Source: Phycisphaerales bacterium (GTDB taxonomy: Bacteria; Planctomycetota; Phycisphaerae; Phycisphaerales; UBA1924). From it: a stretch of 64,000 nt of DNA. Every line of letters begins with the position of its first letter. Positions within the stretch are counted from its first letter, which is position 1. The notes beneath the pieces are model-generated. The model did no database searches, was not told the origin of the DNA, and saw nothing but the letters and a program-made list of their open reading frames with translations. The stretch spans positions 1,024,001 to 1,088,000 of the forward strand of contig OZ245777.1 of NCBI GenBank assembly GCA_965227775.1, given 5' to 3'. The position numbers were made by a program, and so were the translations under genes. Shown one piece after another: positions 34,857 to 44,963 of the stretch.

Positions 34857-37691
34857 TTACGCCGACTTGGCGTGCTCCTTGGGCACCGGGCGCTCGTGCG
34901 TGCTCACTGCATCGGGCGGCATCTCGTCGAGGATGAGTTGCGAGATTGTGGGCGCGTTCTCGAGGGGCTTGCCCTTGGCGTCGGTGAGCGGTGTGCCGTC
35001 GAGGCGGGTAATCACGGGCGTGGGATTGGCGCGCTCGTGGGCCTCGAGCTGCTTCTCGAGTTCGGCCTTCTTCTTGTCCTCGATGTCGGCCCACTTGCCG
35101 CGACCGCGACACTTGGGGAATCGCGAGCAGCCCAGCCAAGGGCCACGCAGGCCGTTGCGCAAGTTGAGCGGCGACTCGCAGATCGGACACGGCAGGTCGG
35201 TCTCCAAGGGCGGCATCGAGGGGGCGACGACGTGTCCCTTCTTGTCGATGTTCAGGATCAGGCCGTCCTCGGGGCTCTCGCCCTCGGCCAGGTCCGTTGC
35301 GATGAACGGTCCGAAGCGACCTGTGCGGTGCACCATCGGCCGGCCCGTGCGCGGGCAGCGGACATCGACGTACTCGATGGGGCGCGGGCGGCCGAGGTTG
35401 TCGACCGGGCACGCGTAGTTGCAATCGGGGTAGTTCGAACAGCTCAGGAAGCGGCCGTTCTTGCCGAAGCGGTAGACGAGCTCGGCGCCGTCGCGCGGGC
35501 ACAGGTAGTCGCTGGGCTGCACCTCGGCCTTGGCGTGCTGCAGGTTCTCGAGCGCGTGCTCGAGGTTCTCCTTGAACGGTCCGTAGAACCGCTCGAGCAT
35601 ATCGATCCAGTCGAGGTGCTCGTCCTCGATCTTATCGAGATCGGCCTCCATCTCGCGCGTGTAGCCCAGGTCCATGATGCGCGGGAATGCTTCGATGAGC
35701 TTGTCGGTGACGACTTCGCCCAGGTCGGTCGCATAGAAGCGCCGCTCGCGCTGCTCGACGTACTTTCGGTCCTGGATTGTCTGAACGATGCTGGCGTACG
35801 TGCTGGGCCGGCCGATGCCCTCGCTCTCGAGTGTCTTGATGAGGCTCGCCTCGGTGTAGCGGGCGGGCGGGCTGGTGAAGCGCTGGCGGGGATCGACGCC
35901 GAAGGCGTGCAGCGCGTCTTGCTCCTTGATCGTCGGCAGCGTCGCTTCATCGCTCGCGGTGGGCACTCCGGCGACCTTGTAGAACCCGTCGAACACGAGC
36001 ACGCGGCCGGTGGCCTTGAACGTCAAGGTGTCACTCTTGCCGCCATCGATGAGGATGGTCGTCGCGTCCCACTGCGCGTGGCTCATCTGGCAGGCGACGA
36101 AGCGCTGCCAGATGATCTCGTACAGCCGGGCCTGGTCGGGCTTGAGGCTCTTGCGAACGCGGTCGGGCGTGTAAGCGACGTTGGTCGGGCGGATGGCCTC
36201 GTGGGCTTCTTGGGCGCTCTTGTTGCTGCTGCCGAAGAAATTGGGCTTCTCGGGCAGGTAGTCGTCGCCGTAGGTCTTCTTGATGTGCTCGCGCGCCATG
36301 TTGAGCGCTTCGCCGGCGATGTGCGTGCTGTCTGTACGCATGTAGGTGATGAGGCCGACGGGCCCCTCGCCAGGAATGTTGACGCCCTCGTACAGGCCCT
36401 GCGCGGCGCTCATGGTGCGGCGGGCGCCGAAGCCAAGGCGCGTGCTTGCCGCCTGCTGGAGCGTCGAGGTGATGAACGGAGGCGGCGGGCGGCTCGTGGT
36501 GCGCTTGGTCTCGATCGAGCGCACGCTCCACGGCATGCTCGGGTCGGGCGCGCCGGTGATGGTGCGCAGCCAGCGTGCGGGGCCGCGGCCCGTCTCGTCC
36601 TCGGTCACGTGCGTCTTGACGTCGGTCAGTCCCGCCTGCTCGAGCATCTTCACCACGCTGGGCGTGATGTCGCAGGCGTCGGCCTTGCGGAACTTCTCGT
36701 CGCTGACGGCGGCCTCGGCGTCGTCGTCGAGCTTGCCTTTCTGCAGGATCTCGAACTTCTCGCCGTTGACCTCAACGAGCTCGGCACGCAGCCCGTCGTT
36801 CTTGGCGAGCCACGCGTTCTGGGCCTTGATGCTGGGCGGGTTGCCCTTCTCGTCGCGCTCGGCCAGCAGCTTGGCCCACTGGGGCGCGAGGGAGCGGGCG
36901 GCGTCTTGCGTGCCGGCGAAGCTGGCGGTGATGCTCCAGCTCTCGTCGGGAACGAACACGCGGATCTCGCGCTCGCGTTCGACGACGAGTCGCACCGCGA
37001 CGCTCTGCACGCGGCCGGCGCTTAGGCCTCGCGTGACCTTCTTCCACAGCAGCGGCGAGACCTGGTAGCCAACGATGCGATCGAGGATGCGGCGTGCCTG
37101 CTGGGCGTTGACCTTGTCGACGTCGATCGGGTGGGGGTTATTGAAGGCCTTGGCGATCTCGGCCTTCGTAATCGCGGCGAAGACCACGCGCTTGGCGGCC
37201 TCGGCATCGATGCCGATCTCTTGCGCGAGGTGCCACGCGATCGCCTCGCCCTCGCGGTCGAGGTCGGTCGCGAACCAGACGCTGCCGCCCTCGCTGGTCG
37301 CGTCGGTCGCGGCCCGCTTGAGCTCGCGCATCACGGCTTCCTTGCCACTCAGCACGCGGTAGGTGGGGGTGAAGCGTTTCTCGATGTTGACGCCGGGCAC
37401 GGGGCTCTTGTCGCCCTTGTCGGCCTTCTCGGGCAGGTCTCGCACGTGGCCGACCGAGGCGAGCACGACGTAGTCGTCGCCCAGGTACTTATTGATGGTC
37501 TTGGCCTTGCTGGGGCTCTCGACGATGACCAGGTCCTTGCCTTTGGCCTGACCGGCCTTGTAGCCCGTGCCTCGGCTCACGCGACCACGCGCACCACCTC
37601 CGGCCCGGCTGGCGGTCTTCTTTGAGACCTTCTTGCCGACCTTCTTCGAGGTCTTCTTGGTCGTCTTCTTCTTTGTAGTCTTCTTGGCCAT
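34857..37691 (-). CDS. topA: DNA topoisomerase I with Lys-rich N-terminal tail and C-terminal zinc ribbons
   Basis: LVIVESPSKAKTI, ATDLDREGE, SAGRVQS, ITYMRTDS and QEAHEAIRPT motifs; C4 ribbons. Confidence 0.96.
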   Translation of the reverse strand: MAKKTTKKKTTKKTSKKVGKKVSKKTASRAGGGARGRVSRGTGYKAGQAKGKDLVIVESPSKAKTINKYLGDDYVVLASVGHVRDLPEKADKGDKSPVPGVNIEKRFTPTYRVLSGKEAVMRELKRAATDATSEGGSVWFATDLDREGEAIAWHLAQEIGIDAEAAKRVVFAAITKAEIAKAFNNPHPIDVDKVNAQQARRILDRIVGYQVSPLLWKKVTRGLSAGRVQSVAVRLVVEREREIRVFVPDESWSITASFAGTQDAARSLAPQWAKLLAERDEKGNPPSIKAQNAWLAKNDGLRAELVEVNGEKFEILQKGKLDDDAEAAVSDEKFRKADACDITPSVVKMLEQAGLTDVKTHVTEDETGRGPARWLRTITGAPDPSMPWSVRSIETKRTTSRPPPPFITSTLQQAASTRLGFGARRTMSAAQGLYEGVNIPGEGPVGLITYMRTDSTHIAGEALNMAREHIKKTYGDDYLPEKPNFFGSSNKSAQEAHEAIRPTNVAYTPDRVRKSLKPDQARLYEIIWQRFVACQMSHAQWDATTILIDGGKSDTLTFKATGRVLVFDGFYKVAGVPTASDEATLPTIKEQDALHAFGVDPRQRFTSPPARYTEASLIKTLESEGIGRPSTYASIVQTIQDRKYVEQRERRFYATDLGEVVTDKLIEAFPRIMDLGYTREMEADLDKIEDEHLDWIDMLERFYGPFKENLEHALENLQHAKAEVQPSDYLCPRDGAELVYRFGKNGRFLSCSNYPDCNYACPVDNLGRPRPIEYVDVRCPRTGRPMVHRTGRFGPFIATDLAEGESPEDGLILNIDKKGHVVAPSMPPLETDLPCPICESPLNLRNGLRGPWLGCSRFPKCRGRGKWADIEDKKKAELEKQLEAHERANPTPVITRLDGTPLTDAKGKPLENAPTISQLILDEMPPDAVSTHERPVPKEHAKSA

Positions 37692-37898
37692 TCCTACTTC
37701 GATTCGAGGGAAATGGGTAGTTTCCCCAGGGATGAGACGGTCGCTGGACACGGAAGGAGCCCGCGGCGGCGTTGTCAAGCGCCAGGCCGCGAACCCGTCT
37801 TTCCGAGACCTTCCATCGGCCCACAACCGAGCCGGACCCCTCCGATATTCGTTAGCCGGGCGCGGATTCGTTGTTGGCAGCCTGTTGGCAGATGGTGG

Positions 37899-38879
37899 CT
37901 ATCGCGATGCAAAGCACTTATGGACAACAGTTTGCGCGAGATCGTAAACGTCCTTGCCATCGGGATGGATCGGCAGCCGCTCCGGTGTCTCGCCCGGCCC
38001 GGCGGCGAGCCGGCGCAGCCACGTGCGCTGGTTCTTGGCGAATCGGCGCGTCTCGATCTTCGTCCGCTCGATGGCCTCTTTGAGGGAAAGTCCGGATTGA
38101 TCGGACGCCTGCAAGGCACCGGCAATCTGCTTGGTTCCGAGCGCCTGGGCGGCCTGGGGGCCGAGGGCGCCGGCGTCCAGCAGCCGCCGGGTCTCGTCGA
38201 CGAGGCCGGCCTCGACCATCGCCTTCACCCTCGCGTTGATGCGGCTGTTGATGGCGTCGGTCTCCCAGTGAAGGGTGATCAGGAGCAGGCGTTCGGCGAG
38301 CGGGTTCGTGTTGCTATCCCACTGGCCCTGGTGATCGCTGATGGGGGTGCCGGTGAGTCGGTGGACCTCCAGGGCCCGGATGGTCCGTCGCTCGTCGGCG
38401 GGGTGGATGCGCTCGGCGGCCCGCGGGTCGACGCGCTCGAGCTCGGTCCGGCGCTCTGTTGCCGGCATGGCGCGGAGTTGTGCTCGCAGCGCTTCGTCGG
38501 CGGGCGGTCCTTCGAACAGCCCGTCGATAAGCGCCTTGACGTAGAGATGCGTGCCGCCGGCGATGATGGGCCATCCGCCCTCGGCTTCGATCTCGTCGAT
38601 CTTCTGCGTTGCGAGTTCCAGCCACTGTGCGACTGTGAACGGTTCCGTTGGCTCGACGACGTCGATCAGGTGGTGCGGCACGCCCTGGCGTTCGTCCATG
38701 GATGGCTTGGCGCTGGCGATGTCCAGGCCGCGATACACCTGGAACGCGTCGGCGGAGATGACCGCCGCGCGAGGGGTCAGCCCCTCCGCCTCGGCGCGCT
38801 TGGCGCACACGATCGCCAGGCTCGTCTTGCCGCCGGCGGTCGGGCCGGCGATGACGGGGATGAGGGGGTTCTTCGTCAC
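37899..38879 (-). CDS. miaA: tRNA dimethylallyltransferase
   Basis: GPTAGGKT, SADAFQVYRGLDIASAKP, GGTHLY and TRRFAKNQRTW motifs. Confidence 0.95.
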   Translation of the reverse strand: MTKNPLIPVIAGPTAGGKTSLAIVCAKRAEAEGLTPRAAVISADAFQVYRGLDIASAKPSMDERQGVPHHLIDVVEPTEPFTVAQWLELATQKIDEIEAEGGWPIIAGGTHLYVKALIDGLFEGPPADEALRAQLRAMPATERRTELERVDPRAAERIHPADERRTIRALEVHRLTGTPISDHQGQWDSNTNPLAERLLLITLHWETDAINSRINARVKAMVEAGLVDETRRLLDAGALGPQAAQALGTKQIAGALQASDQSGLSLKEAIERTKIETRRFAKNQRTWLRRLAAGPGETPERLPIHPDGKDVYDLAQTVVHKCFASR

Positions 38880-38960
38880 CAAGTAAACATAGAGGATGTG
38901 TACCACAGAGGCACAGACGACACAGGGTCGGACCGAGGGAGGGGCGGGCTACCGTCCAAC

Positions 38961-39650
38961 ATGGCCAGAGCGCGGCATCGCATCCTGACCGGGCGGATGG
39001 TGGTGGCGGCGCTGCTGGTGGGGGTGGTGCTGGCGGTGGGGAGCGTGCCGGTGGCGGCGTGGCTCGTAGACTTGCACCCGCATTCGTCGCCCACCCTCAC
39101 TCTGTCCGAGTTTTTCGATCGTGGGGATCACCTTATCGTGGTCCAACGCGATGATTACCCCACGGGGACGATGTGGTACGGTGCGAGCGGCCCGAAGAAG
39201 TCGTCTTCGCCCGAGCTTCGTTTCGCGCATGATCCTGCATCACGTCCGACCGGTTCTGACTCGCGTCCCAGCAAGATTCGCACGGCATTGGATGGCGAGG
39301 TACGGAGCATCACTTGGTTTCGCGTTGGTTGGCCATTTGAAGCGGCACACTGTTTTGAACGCACTGGTCCAGGGTCACCGAGTTCGGTAATCGCAGGCGC
39401 GTGGGAACCGGTGATTGGTGGTCTGGTTCGCACGATCCCTTATTTTCCATTGTGGCCCGGCCTGCTGGCCAACACCCTCTTCTACGCCGCGATCGCGTTG
39501 GCGCCGATGGTGCTGCTGCGCTGGCGGCGCACGCGGCGGCGGCGGGCGCGGGGGTTGTGCGCGGCGTGCGGGTATGAGCTAGGGGAGGGGGTCTCGGTGT
39601 GCCCGGAGTGTGGGCTTGCGACCACACAAACACAACCTGTCTCGAATTAA
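38961..39650 (+). CDS. Membrane protein with C-terminal zinc ribbon
   Basis: N-terminal TM, RVGWPF, PLWPGLLANTLFYA, RRARGLCAACGYEL...CPECG. Confidence 0.78.
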   Translation: MARARHRILTGRMVVAALLVGVVLAVGSVPVAAWLVDLHPHSSPTLTLSEFFDRGDHLIVVQRDDYPTGTMWYGASGPKKSSSPELRFAHDPASRPTGSDSRPSKIRTALDGEVRSITWFRVGWPFEAAHCFERTGPGSPSSVIAGAWEPVIGGLVRTIPYFPLWPGLLANTLFYAAIALAPMVLLRWRRTRRRRARGLCAACGYELGEGVSVCPECGLATTQTQPVSN

Positions 39651-40750
39651 CTCGGAAACCGCAACTCTCGCCCGAAGAAGTCCAGCTTCATCGCCGCCTT
39701 CGCTTGTGCGAGTGTGTCTTCGGCTACCGCGTTGGCCTTGGCCGCGTGCTCGCGGAGGATCTCGAGGACGATCTTGTCGCCCGCCTCGCCCGCGAGCTCG
39801 GCTCGCTTGTCGCGGATGGGAGCGAGCAGCTCGTCGATGGCCTGGGCGACCTCGACCTTGATGTGGCCGTCGCCGATGTTGTCGCCAGCGGCGTACTTGG
39901 TTTCGAGTTCCTTGACCCTGTTCTCGTCGCGGATGAAGGCGCGGACGTATTCAAAGAGCGCATTATCGACGTCGCCCGGCTCGTCCATCGTCTGGCGGCC
40001 GGTGTAGAGCTGGCCCATCTTCTTCTTGATCTGCTTGAAGGTGTCGGTGAGGAAGATGGCGTTGTTGAGGCTCTTGCTCATCTTCTGCTTGCCGTCGGTG
40101 CCGACCAGGCGGCCGATGCGGCCAACCTTGGCCTCGGGGATGGGGAACACGCCGCCGAGGGATTCGTGCTCGTGGTCCTCGGCGTGCGGGTCGACGCCGC
40201 AGTAGACCTGGTTGAAGCGGCGCGCGGCCTCGCGGCACATCTCGATGTGGGCGACCTGGTCCTCGCCCACGGGCACGAGTTGCGGCCGGAACGCAAGGAT
40301 GTCGGCGCACTGGCCGACGGCATACATCGGGAAGCCGAAGCTGTACGTATCGCCCAGGTCTTTATCTTTGATCTCGGTCTTGAGCGTTGGGTTCTTCATC
40401 ACGCGGTTGAAGGGCAGGAGCATCGCGAAGAACCACGTGAGCTCGGCGATGGCCGGCGTCTCGGTTTGCAGCACGAACGTGCTGCGGTTCGGGTCCATGC
40501 CGACGGCCAGCCAGTCCTTGACGATCTCCAGCGTGCTCTCGCGGATGCCTTCGGGCTTGTCGGCCCGCGTGGTGTACGCGTGCATGTTGGCGATGAGGAA
40601 GAAGCAGTCGTACTCGTCCTGTAGCGCGACGCGGCTCTCGAGGCTGCCCACGAGGTGGCCCAGGTGGAGCTGGCCGGTGGGGGTGTCGCCGGTGAGGATT
40701 CTCGGCTTGGTGGTGGGCTTGGTGGTCGGGTTCGAGCTTGACTTGGACAT
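39647..40750 (-). CDS. trpS: Tryptophan--tRNA ligase
   Basis: TGDTPTGQLHLGH, VPVGEDQ and KMSKS motifs. Confidence 0.96.
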   Translation of the reverse strand: MSKSSSNPTTKPTTKPRILTGDTPTGQLHLGHLVGSLESRVALQDEYDCFFLIANMHAYTTRADKPEGIRESTLEIVKDWLAVGMDPNRSTFVLQTETPAIAELTWFFAMLLPFNRVMKNPTLKTEIKDKDLGDTYSFGFPMYAVGQCADILAFRPQLVPVGEDQVAHIEMCREAARRFNQVYCGVDPHAEDHEHESLGGVFPIPEAKVGRIGRLVGTDGKQKMSKSLNNAIFLTDTFKQIKKKMGQLYTGRQTMDEPGDVDNALFEYVRAFIRDENRVKELETKYAAGDNIGDGHIKVEVAQAIDELLAPIRDKRAELAGEAGDKIVLEILREHAAKANAVAEDTLAQAKAAMKLDFFGRELRFPS

Positions 40751-40843
40751 GGGGCAGCAGGGTAGGGGGCGCGTGCGGCGGCCTTCTCGAATTCTTCATC
40801 GTGATCGCTGTCGCCCTCGTTACAATGCCCTGGGAGGTGGAGC

Positions 40844-41719
40844 ATGCGGTGGTGGACGATCGCCTTTGGTACTTTGGCGGCCTTGGCCGTTCGGGCTGCG
40901 GCACAGGATCGCGAGATTAGCCGCGTCGTTGAGGTCGAGGCGTTATCGCTCGTGTTCGATGACCCGGTGCGCGATCGCGACTCGGCGTCGTCGATGGCGG
41001 TTGGTGCATTCGACGAGACCGCGTCGGCCACGGCAGCCATCCCGCCCTTCGCGTCGAATCGATCGCGTGCCGAGCAGGCGAGCGTGTACGAGCCCAACCC
41101 TGACGGCGACGTGATCGAGGCGTCGGGTGCTGCTGTGGCGCAGCTGTTCATACAGGGTTTCGGCGATGCCTATGCCACGAGCTGGTATCGCCTTGAGTTT
41201 GTGGCCGCCGGCCCTGCGATGCTTCTCATTGAGGACTTCGAGCTGTTGGTCGACCGCGCATTCGATGGCGACGTGTCGCGCGATCGGCCCGGTGACGCGG
41301 GGGCTTCGATCCGCCTGGTTAACACCGACACATTCGAGGTCGAATTCGAGATCGAGGCGGTCCTTGATGACATCGGTACGCGTCTGCTGCTGCGTCCTGT
41401 GGCGCCGATCGAGATCGATCTCGATCCCGGAACGTACGAGCTGTGCGTCGCGGCGACTGCGACCGATCGGACCGATGGCTTCGAGGAAGTCAGCGATAGC
41501 CTCGCCGCGGCGAGCTATTTCTTTGAGGCCACGCTCGTTGAAGCCGGGGCGTGCGCTGCCGATCTGGATGGTGATGGCGTCCTGACGGTCTTCGACTTCC
41601 TGGCGTTCCAGAACCTCTTCGACGCTGGTGACCTTGCTGCCGACTTTGACAGCGATGGTTCGCTCACGCTGTTCGATTTTCTGGCCTTCCAGAACGCGTT
41701 CGACGCCGGTTGCCCTTAG
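40844..41719 (+). CDS. Secreted GC-type dockerin-anchored protein
   Basis: Signal peptide; C-terminal CAADLDGDGVLTVFDFLAFQN...GCP. Confidence 0.85.
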   Translation: MRWWTIAFGTLAALAVRAAAQDREISRVVEVEALSLVFDDPVRDRDSASSMAVGAFDETASATAAIPPFASNRSRAEQASVYEPNPDGDVIEASGAAVAQLFIQGFGDAYATSWYRLEFVAAGPAMLLIEDFELLVDRAFDGDVSRDRPGDAGASIRLVNTDTFEVEFEIEAVLDDIGTRLLLRPVAPIEIDLDPGTYELCVAATATDRTDGFEEVSDSLAAASYFFEATLVEAGACAADLDGDGVLTVFDFLAFQNLFDAGDLAADFDSDGSLTLFDFLAFQNAFDAGCP

Positions 41720-41746
41720 GGCTCGGCTCGTTCGGTGACGCAAGAG

Positions 41747-41770
41747 AAAACCGCCCTGCGGGCGGCTATT
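41747..41770. terminator. Hairpin between convergent dockerin genes
   Basis: AAAA-CCGCCC-TGC-GGGCGG; the U-tract is on the minus-strand transcript. Confidence 0.5.
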
Positions 41771-41802
41771 GGCCATTTGGATTGCTGTGGTCGTGTGGGC
41801 GT

Positions 41803-43599
41803 TTAGCAGCCCGCGTCGAACTGGTTCTGGAACTCGAGGAAGTCGAACAGCGTGAGGATGCCGTCGTCGTCGAAGTCTGCGGTTAGGTCGCCCGCGTCGA
41901 AGAGGTTCTGGAACGCCAGGAAATCGAAGATGGTGAGTTCGCCGTCGTCGTCAAGGTCGGCGCGGCACCCTTCGCCCAGTGCAAGTTGATAGATGCCGCC
42001 CTCGGTCCCGCCCACAAACGTGACGTCGAAGAGCACAACGCCCAGGTCATTGAGCTGGTCACCGAAGCCTGACTGCTGGCCCGGGCCGCCCCTAAAGAAG
42101 GCGGTCTCGACGGGCAGGGGGAAGCCCCGTCCAGGCAACTCGCCGCCGTCGCGTGCGATCAGGCTCAGGCCGCGGCTCTTGCTCCAAGACCAGACCGATC
42201 CCGCGGGCTGGCCGGCTTCCTCGATGAGCGCGAAGAACACGACATCGCCCCGCGTGTTCGTCGCGAAGTTGCCAACGGACGTGAAGGTCGCGCCAGTGAT
42301 GCCAGGTGCGGGCGAGCCGGCTCGGACAACCAGCTCGAGTGCATCTACCGGCCCCGCGAAGAGGGCCCGCTTGTTGAGGCTGAAGGGCGTGATGTCGGGC
42401 CCGGCGAGGTCGGCGGCGACGACGATGTTGCCATTGCCGCTCAAGATCGGCTGCACGATGGGCAGCACGAAGTCGGAGCCGGCGTCCTGGATGAGTGCGT
42501 CGATGCTGAAGCCGGGCAATCCCGGGGCGTCGTCGCCCTCGGCCAGCACCGGTACCGATGCGCCGATCGGTCCGGCGAAGAGCGTTTGCCGGGTCGACGC
42601 GAGCGGGCCGAACTCGGCGCGGAAGATGATCTCATTGCGATCGTTGGTCTCCGGTTCGCGTAGAATGCGAAAACGGTCGTCGGCAGTGTCCGCCAGCGTT
42701 GTGCGAGCCAGCAGCTGCGGGGTTCCGTTGTGATCGAAGGCGTACAGCGTCTGGTCGTTTCCTGGTGTAACCCCGGGCCCGGTGATCCGAGCGAGGACGA
42801 GTGTGACGCCAAGATCGTTGAGCCGCGGCTCTGTGATCGACGGGCCGGCCACACACGTCGGGCAGCCGAACAGGACCCCGGGCAGGTTTGGCGCGGCGTC
42901 TCCCTCGCGAAGCAGCACGGTGGATACGTCGCCGTCGCGGAGGACGACGATCTCCTCGTTGGTGATGTCGACGCTTGGTCCGGTGAGCGTCGCGGCATAC
43001 ACGATCTGGCCGGCATTGTTCAGCCTTGCGTCACCGTTCCGCGCCGAGTCGGCCAGCACGCCGAAGCTCTGGTAGCTGGTGCCCGCGGGAAGTTCGGGGC
43101 TCAGATCGGGTCGGTCGTTGCGAGCAAGGACACGCAACTCGGACTCATCTCCAGCGAGCAGATAAGCCGCCACGCCCTCGAAAGAAAACGGACCGGTCGC
43201 ACGTACCGATCCACCGGTGAACACGAACTGCCCTTCATCGTTAAACGCGCGCGAGTCACGGATCGCGTACACCTCGTCTGGGCCAGCAAAGGGGTGCGGC
43301 TCGCCACCGACGGCGACGGGTTCGATGCCCAGGCCCCGGTCGATGTAGATGCCGTTGTTCAGGATGATCGAGTAAAAGAAGAACGGCGGGCTATCCCAAC
43401 GGATGCCCAGATTGAGCGCAAGCTCGCCAGATGCGTTGATGGCGTAGTCGCTGCCGAAGCTCCCGCCCGAAAACGTTCCCGGGCCAAACACGGGTATGGG
43501 TGCGTCCTCGCCTCCGAGGACGAGTGGTACGGGATCCTGCTGCGCAGCGACGATGCCCGCGCTTGCAAGCAAAGCCAGCACTCCTGAACTGCCTCTCAT
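41803..43599 (-). CDS. Secreted NxxGxxAF tandem-repeat protein with GC-type dockerin
   Basis: Repeats INASGELA, FNDEGQFVF, LNNAGQIVY and TNTRGDVVF with REGD.AP linkers; dockerin tail. Confidence 0.85.
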   Translation of the reverse strand: MRGSSGVLALLASAGIVAAQQDPVPLVLGGEDAPIPVFGPGTFSGGSFGSDYAINASGELALNLGIRWDSPPFFFYSIILNNGIYIDRGLGIEPVAVGGEPHPFAGPDEVYAIRDSRAFNDEGQFVFTGGSVRATGPFSFEGVAAYLLAGDESELRVLARNDRPDLSPELPAGTSYQSFGVLADSARNGDARLNNAGQIVYAATLTGPSVDITNEEIVVLRDGDVSTVLLREGDAAPNLPGVLFGCPTCVAGPSITEPRLNDLGVTLVLARITGPGVTPGNDQTLYAFDHNGTPQLLARTTLADTADDRFRILREPETNDRNEIIFRAEFGPLASTRQTLFAGPIGASVPVLAEGDDAPGLPGFSIDALIQDAGSDFVLPIVQPILSGNGNIVVAADLAGPDITPFSLNKRALFAGPVDALELVVRAGSPAPGITGATFTSVGNFATNTRGDVVFFALIEEAGQPAGSVWSWSKSRGLSLIARDGGELPGRGFPLPVETAFFRGGPGQQSGFGDQLNDLGVVLFDVTFVGGTEGGIYQLALGEGCRADLDDDGELTIFDFLAFQNLFDAGDLTADFDDDGILTLFDFLEFQNQFDAGC

Positions 43600-43725
43600 A
43601 TTCCTTCCCTCCGGTGTTTCTGGCATACGAGCGCTACGTGTGTACGCTCGACTGCGTGGACCCACAAGGAAAGCCCTACGCGTGCGGGACTATTCAGATG
43701 GTGCTTCCTGTTTGCTGAAGACTCG

Positions 43726-44745
43726 TCAGCAGCCCGCGTCGAACTGGTTCTGGAACTCGAGGAAGTCGAACAGCGTGAGGCTGCCGTCGTCGTCGAAGTC
43801 GGCGGTTAGGTCGCCCGCGTCGAAGAGGTTCTGGAAGGCCAGGAAGTCGAAGAGGGTGAGTTCGCCGTCGCCGTCGATATCGGCGCGGCAGCCGCCGACG
43901 TCGAGCAGGTTGGGGGTGTACGCGGCGCCACCGGTTGGGTTGGGGGCCAGCGGCGTGCCCGCGGGCGCGGGGTAGGGCGAGTCGGCCGTGCTGAAGGTGC
44001 CGCTTGCGAGGTCGTAGATGTGGTGCACGCCGCCATTCGCGTTCGCGTTGTCGGTGAGCAGGAATACCTCGCCGCCGCCGGCAGCCAGGCCATCAACATC
44101 GGTCACGCCGTCGGGGAATCGCACGACCTCCGTCAGGCCCGCGCCGGGGTCGAGCGGGTCAACGCTGTAGATCCAGCGGCCGCCGGTGTCGTCATCGTCG
44201 GCGAGGTACACGAGCCCGTCATCCTCGTTGAAGTCGATGCCGCCGATGGTGAAGGTGCTGCCGGTGTCCTGGTAGTCGAGCACGAGCGTCAGCACGCCGG
44301 TAGACAGGTCGATGGCGAACAGGCCCTCGGGCAGGCCGGCGCTGCCGAGCGTGCGCGTGCCATAGAGGATGTCGGCGTCGCTGTCGTAGGCGAGGCCATC
44401 GATGGAGATGTCGTTGCCCATGGCGTCCTGGGTCTCGACGAGCTTCGTTGGGTTGAGCAGGTCGTCGTAGCTGAAGACGTAGACGTCGTCGTTCGGTCCG
44501 TTGCGAACGGTCGCGAAGAAGCGGCGGTTGCGGTCGTCGCCCGCGAGGCCGGTGAAGCCCGGTGCCGTGGCGGGGATGCCCAGGTCGGTCTCGATGTCGA
44601 ACAGAAAGGTGTTGCTGTCGCCCAGGTTGAAGAAGGCCTCGGGCTGATTCTCGCCGAACACGGGCTTGGTGATACCTGTGGTAAACTGGGCGCTTGCGGC
44701 TGTGGCAAGACCGGCAACGGCAGCAATGGCGGCGATCGTGCGCAT
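43726..44745 (-). CDS. Secreted beta-propeller-like protein with GC-type dockerin
   Basis: Signal peptide; IDGLAYD/GGIDFN/VDGLAAG blades; dockerin tail. Confidence 0.83.
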   Translation of the reverse strand: MRTIAAIAAVAGLATAASAQFTTGITKPVFGENQPEAFFNLGDSNTFLFDIETDLGIPATAPGFTGLAGDDRNRRFFATVRNGPNDDVYVFSYDDLLNPTKLVETQDAMGNDISIDGLAYDSDADILYGTRTLGSAGLPEGLFAIDLSTGVLTLVLDYQDTGSTFTIGGIDFNEDDGLVYLADDDDTGGRWIYSVDPLDPGAGLTEVVRFPDGVTDVDGLAAGGGEVFLLTDNANANGGVHHIYDLASGTFSTADSPYPAPAGTPLAPNPTGGAAYTPNLLDVGGCRADIDGDGELTLFDFLAFQNLFDAGDLTADFDDDGSLTLFDFLEFQNQFDAGC

Positions 44746-44963
44746 GGAGCGTGTCCTCTCTCCCGCTGTAGCGGGCTCGTGGTTTCTCCCCAGAGTCGAT
44801 ACAGGTTGGCATGACGATAACCGCCGCCGCGTGCACGCCGGCACGGTTCGCGTTGTATCAAGGAGATTTCGCGCGCTGCGCGGGGGATTGCGGAGCGCGA
44901 TAACACGCTTCACATGGTCTGTTCGGATGCCATCGGGGTGATGCGGCAGCGCTCTGCGATGGG

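Noticed and set aside
30300..37025. Long ORFs 30300-33227 (-) and 34872-37025 (+)
   Set aside because: Antisense shadows of uvrC with its neighbours and of topA.
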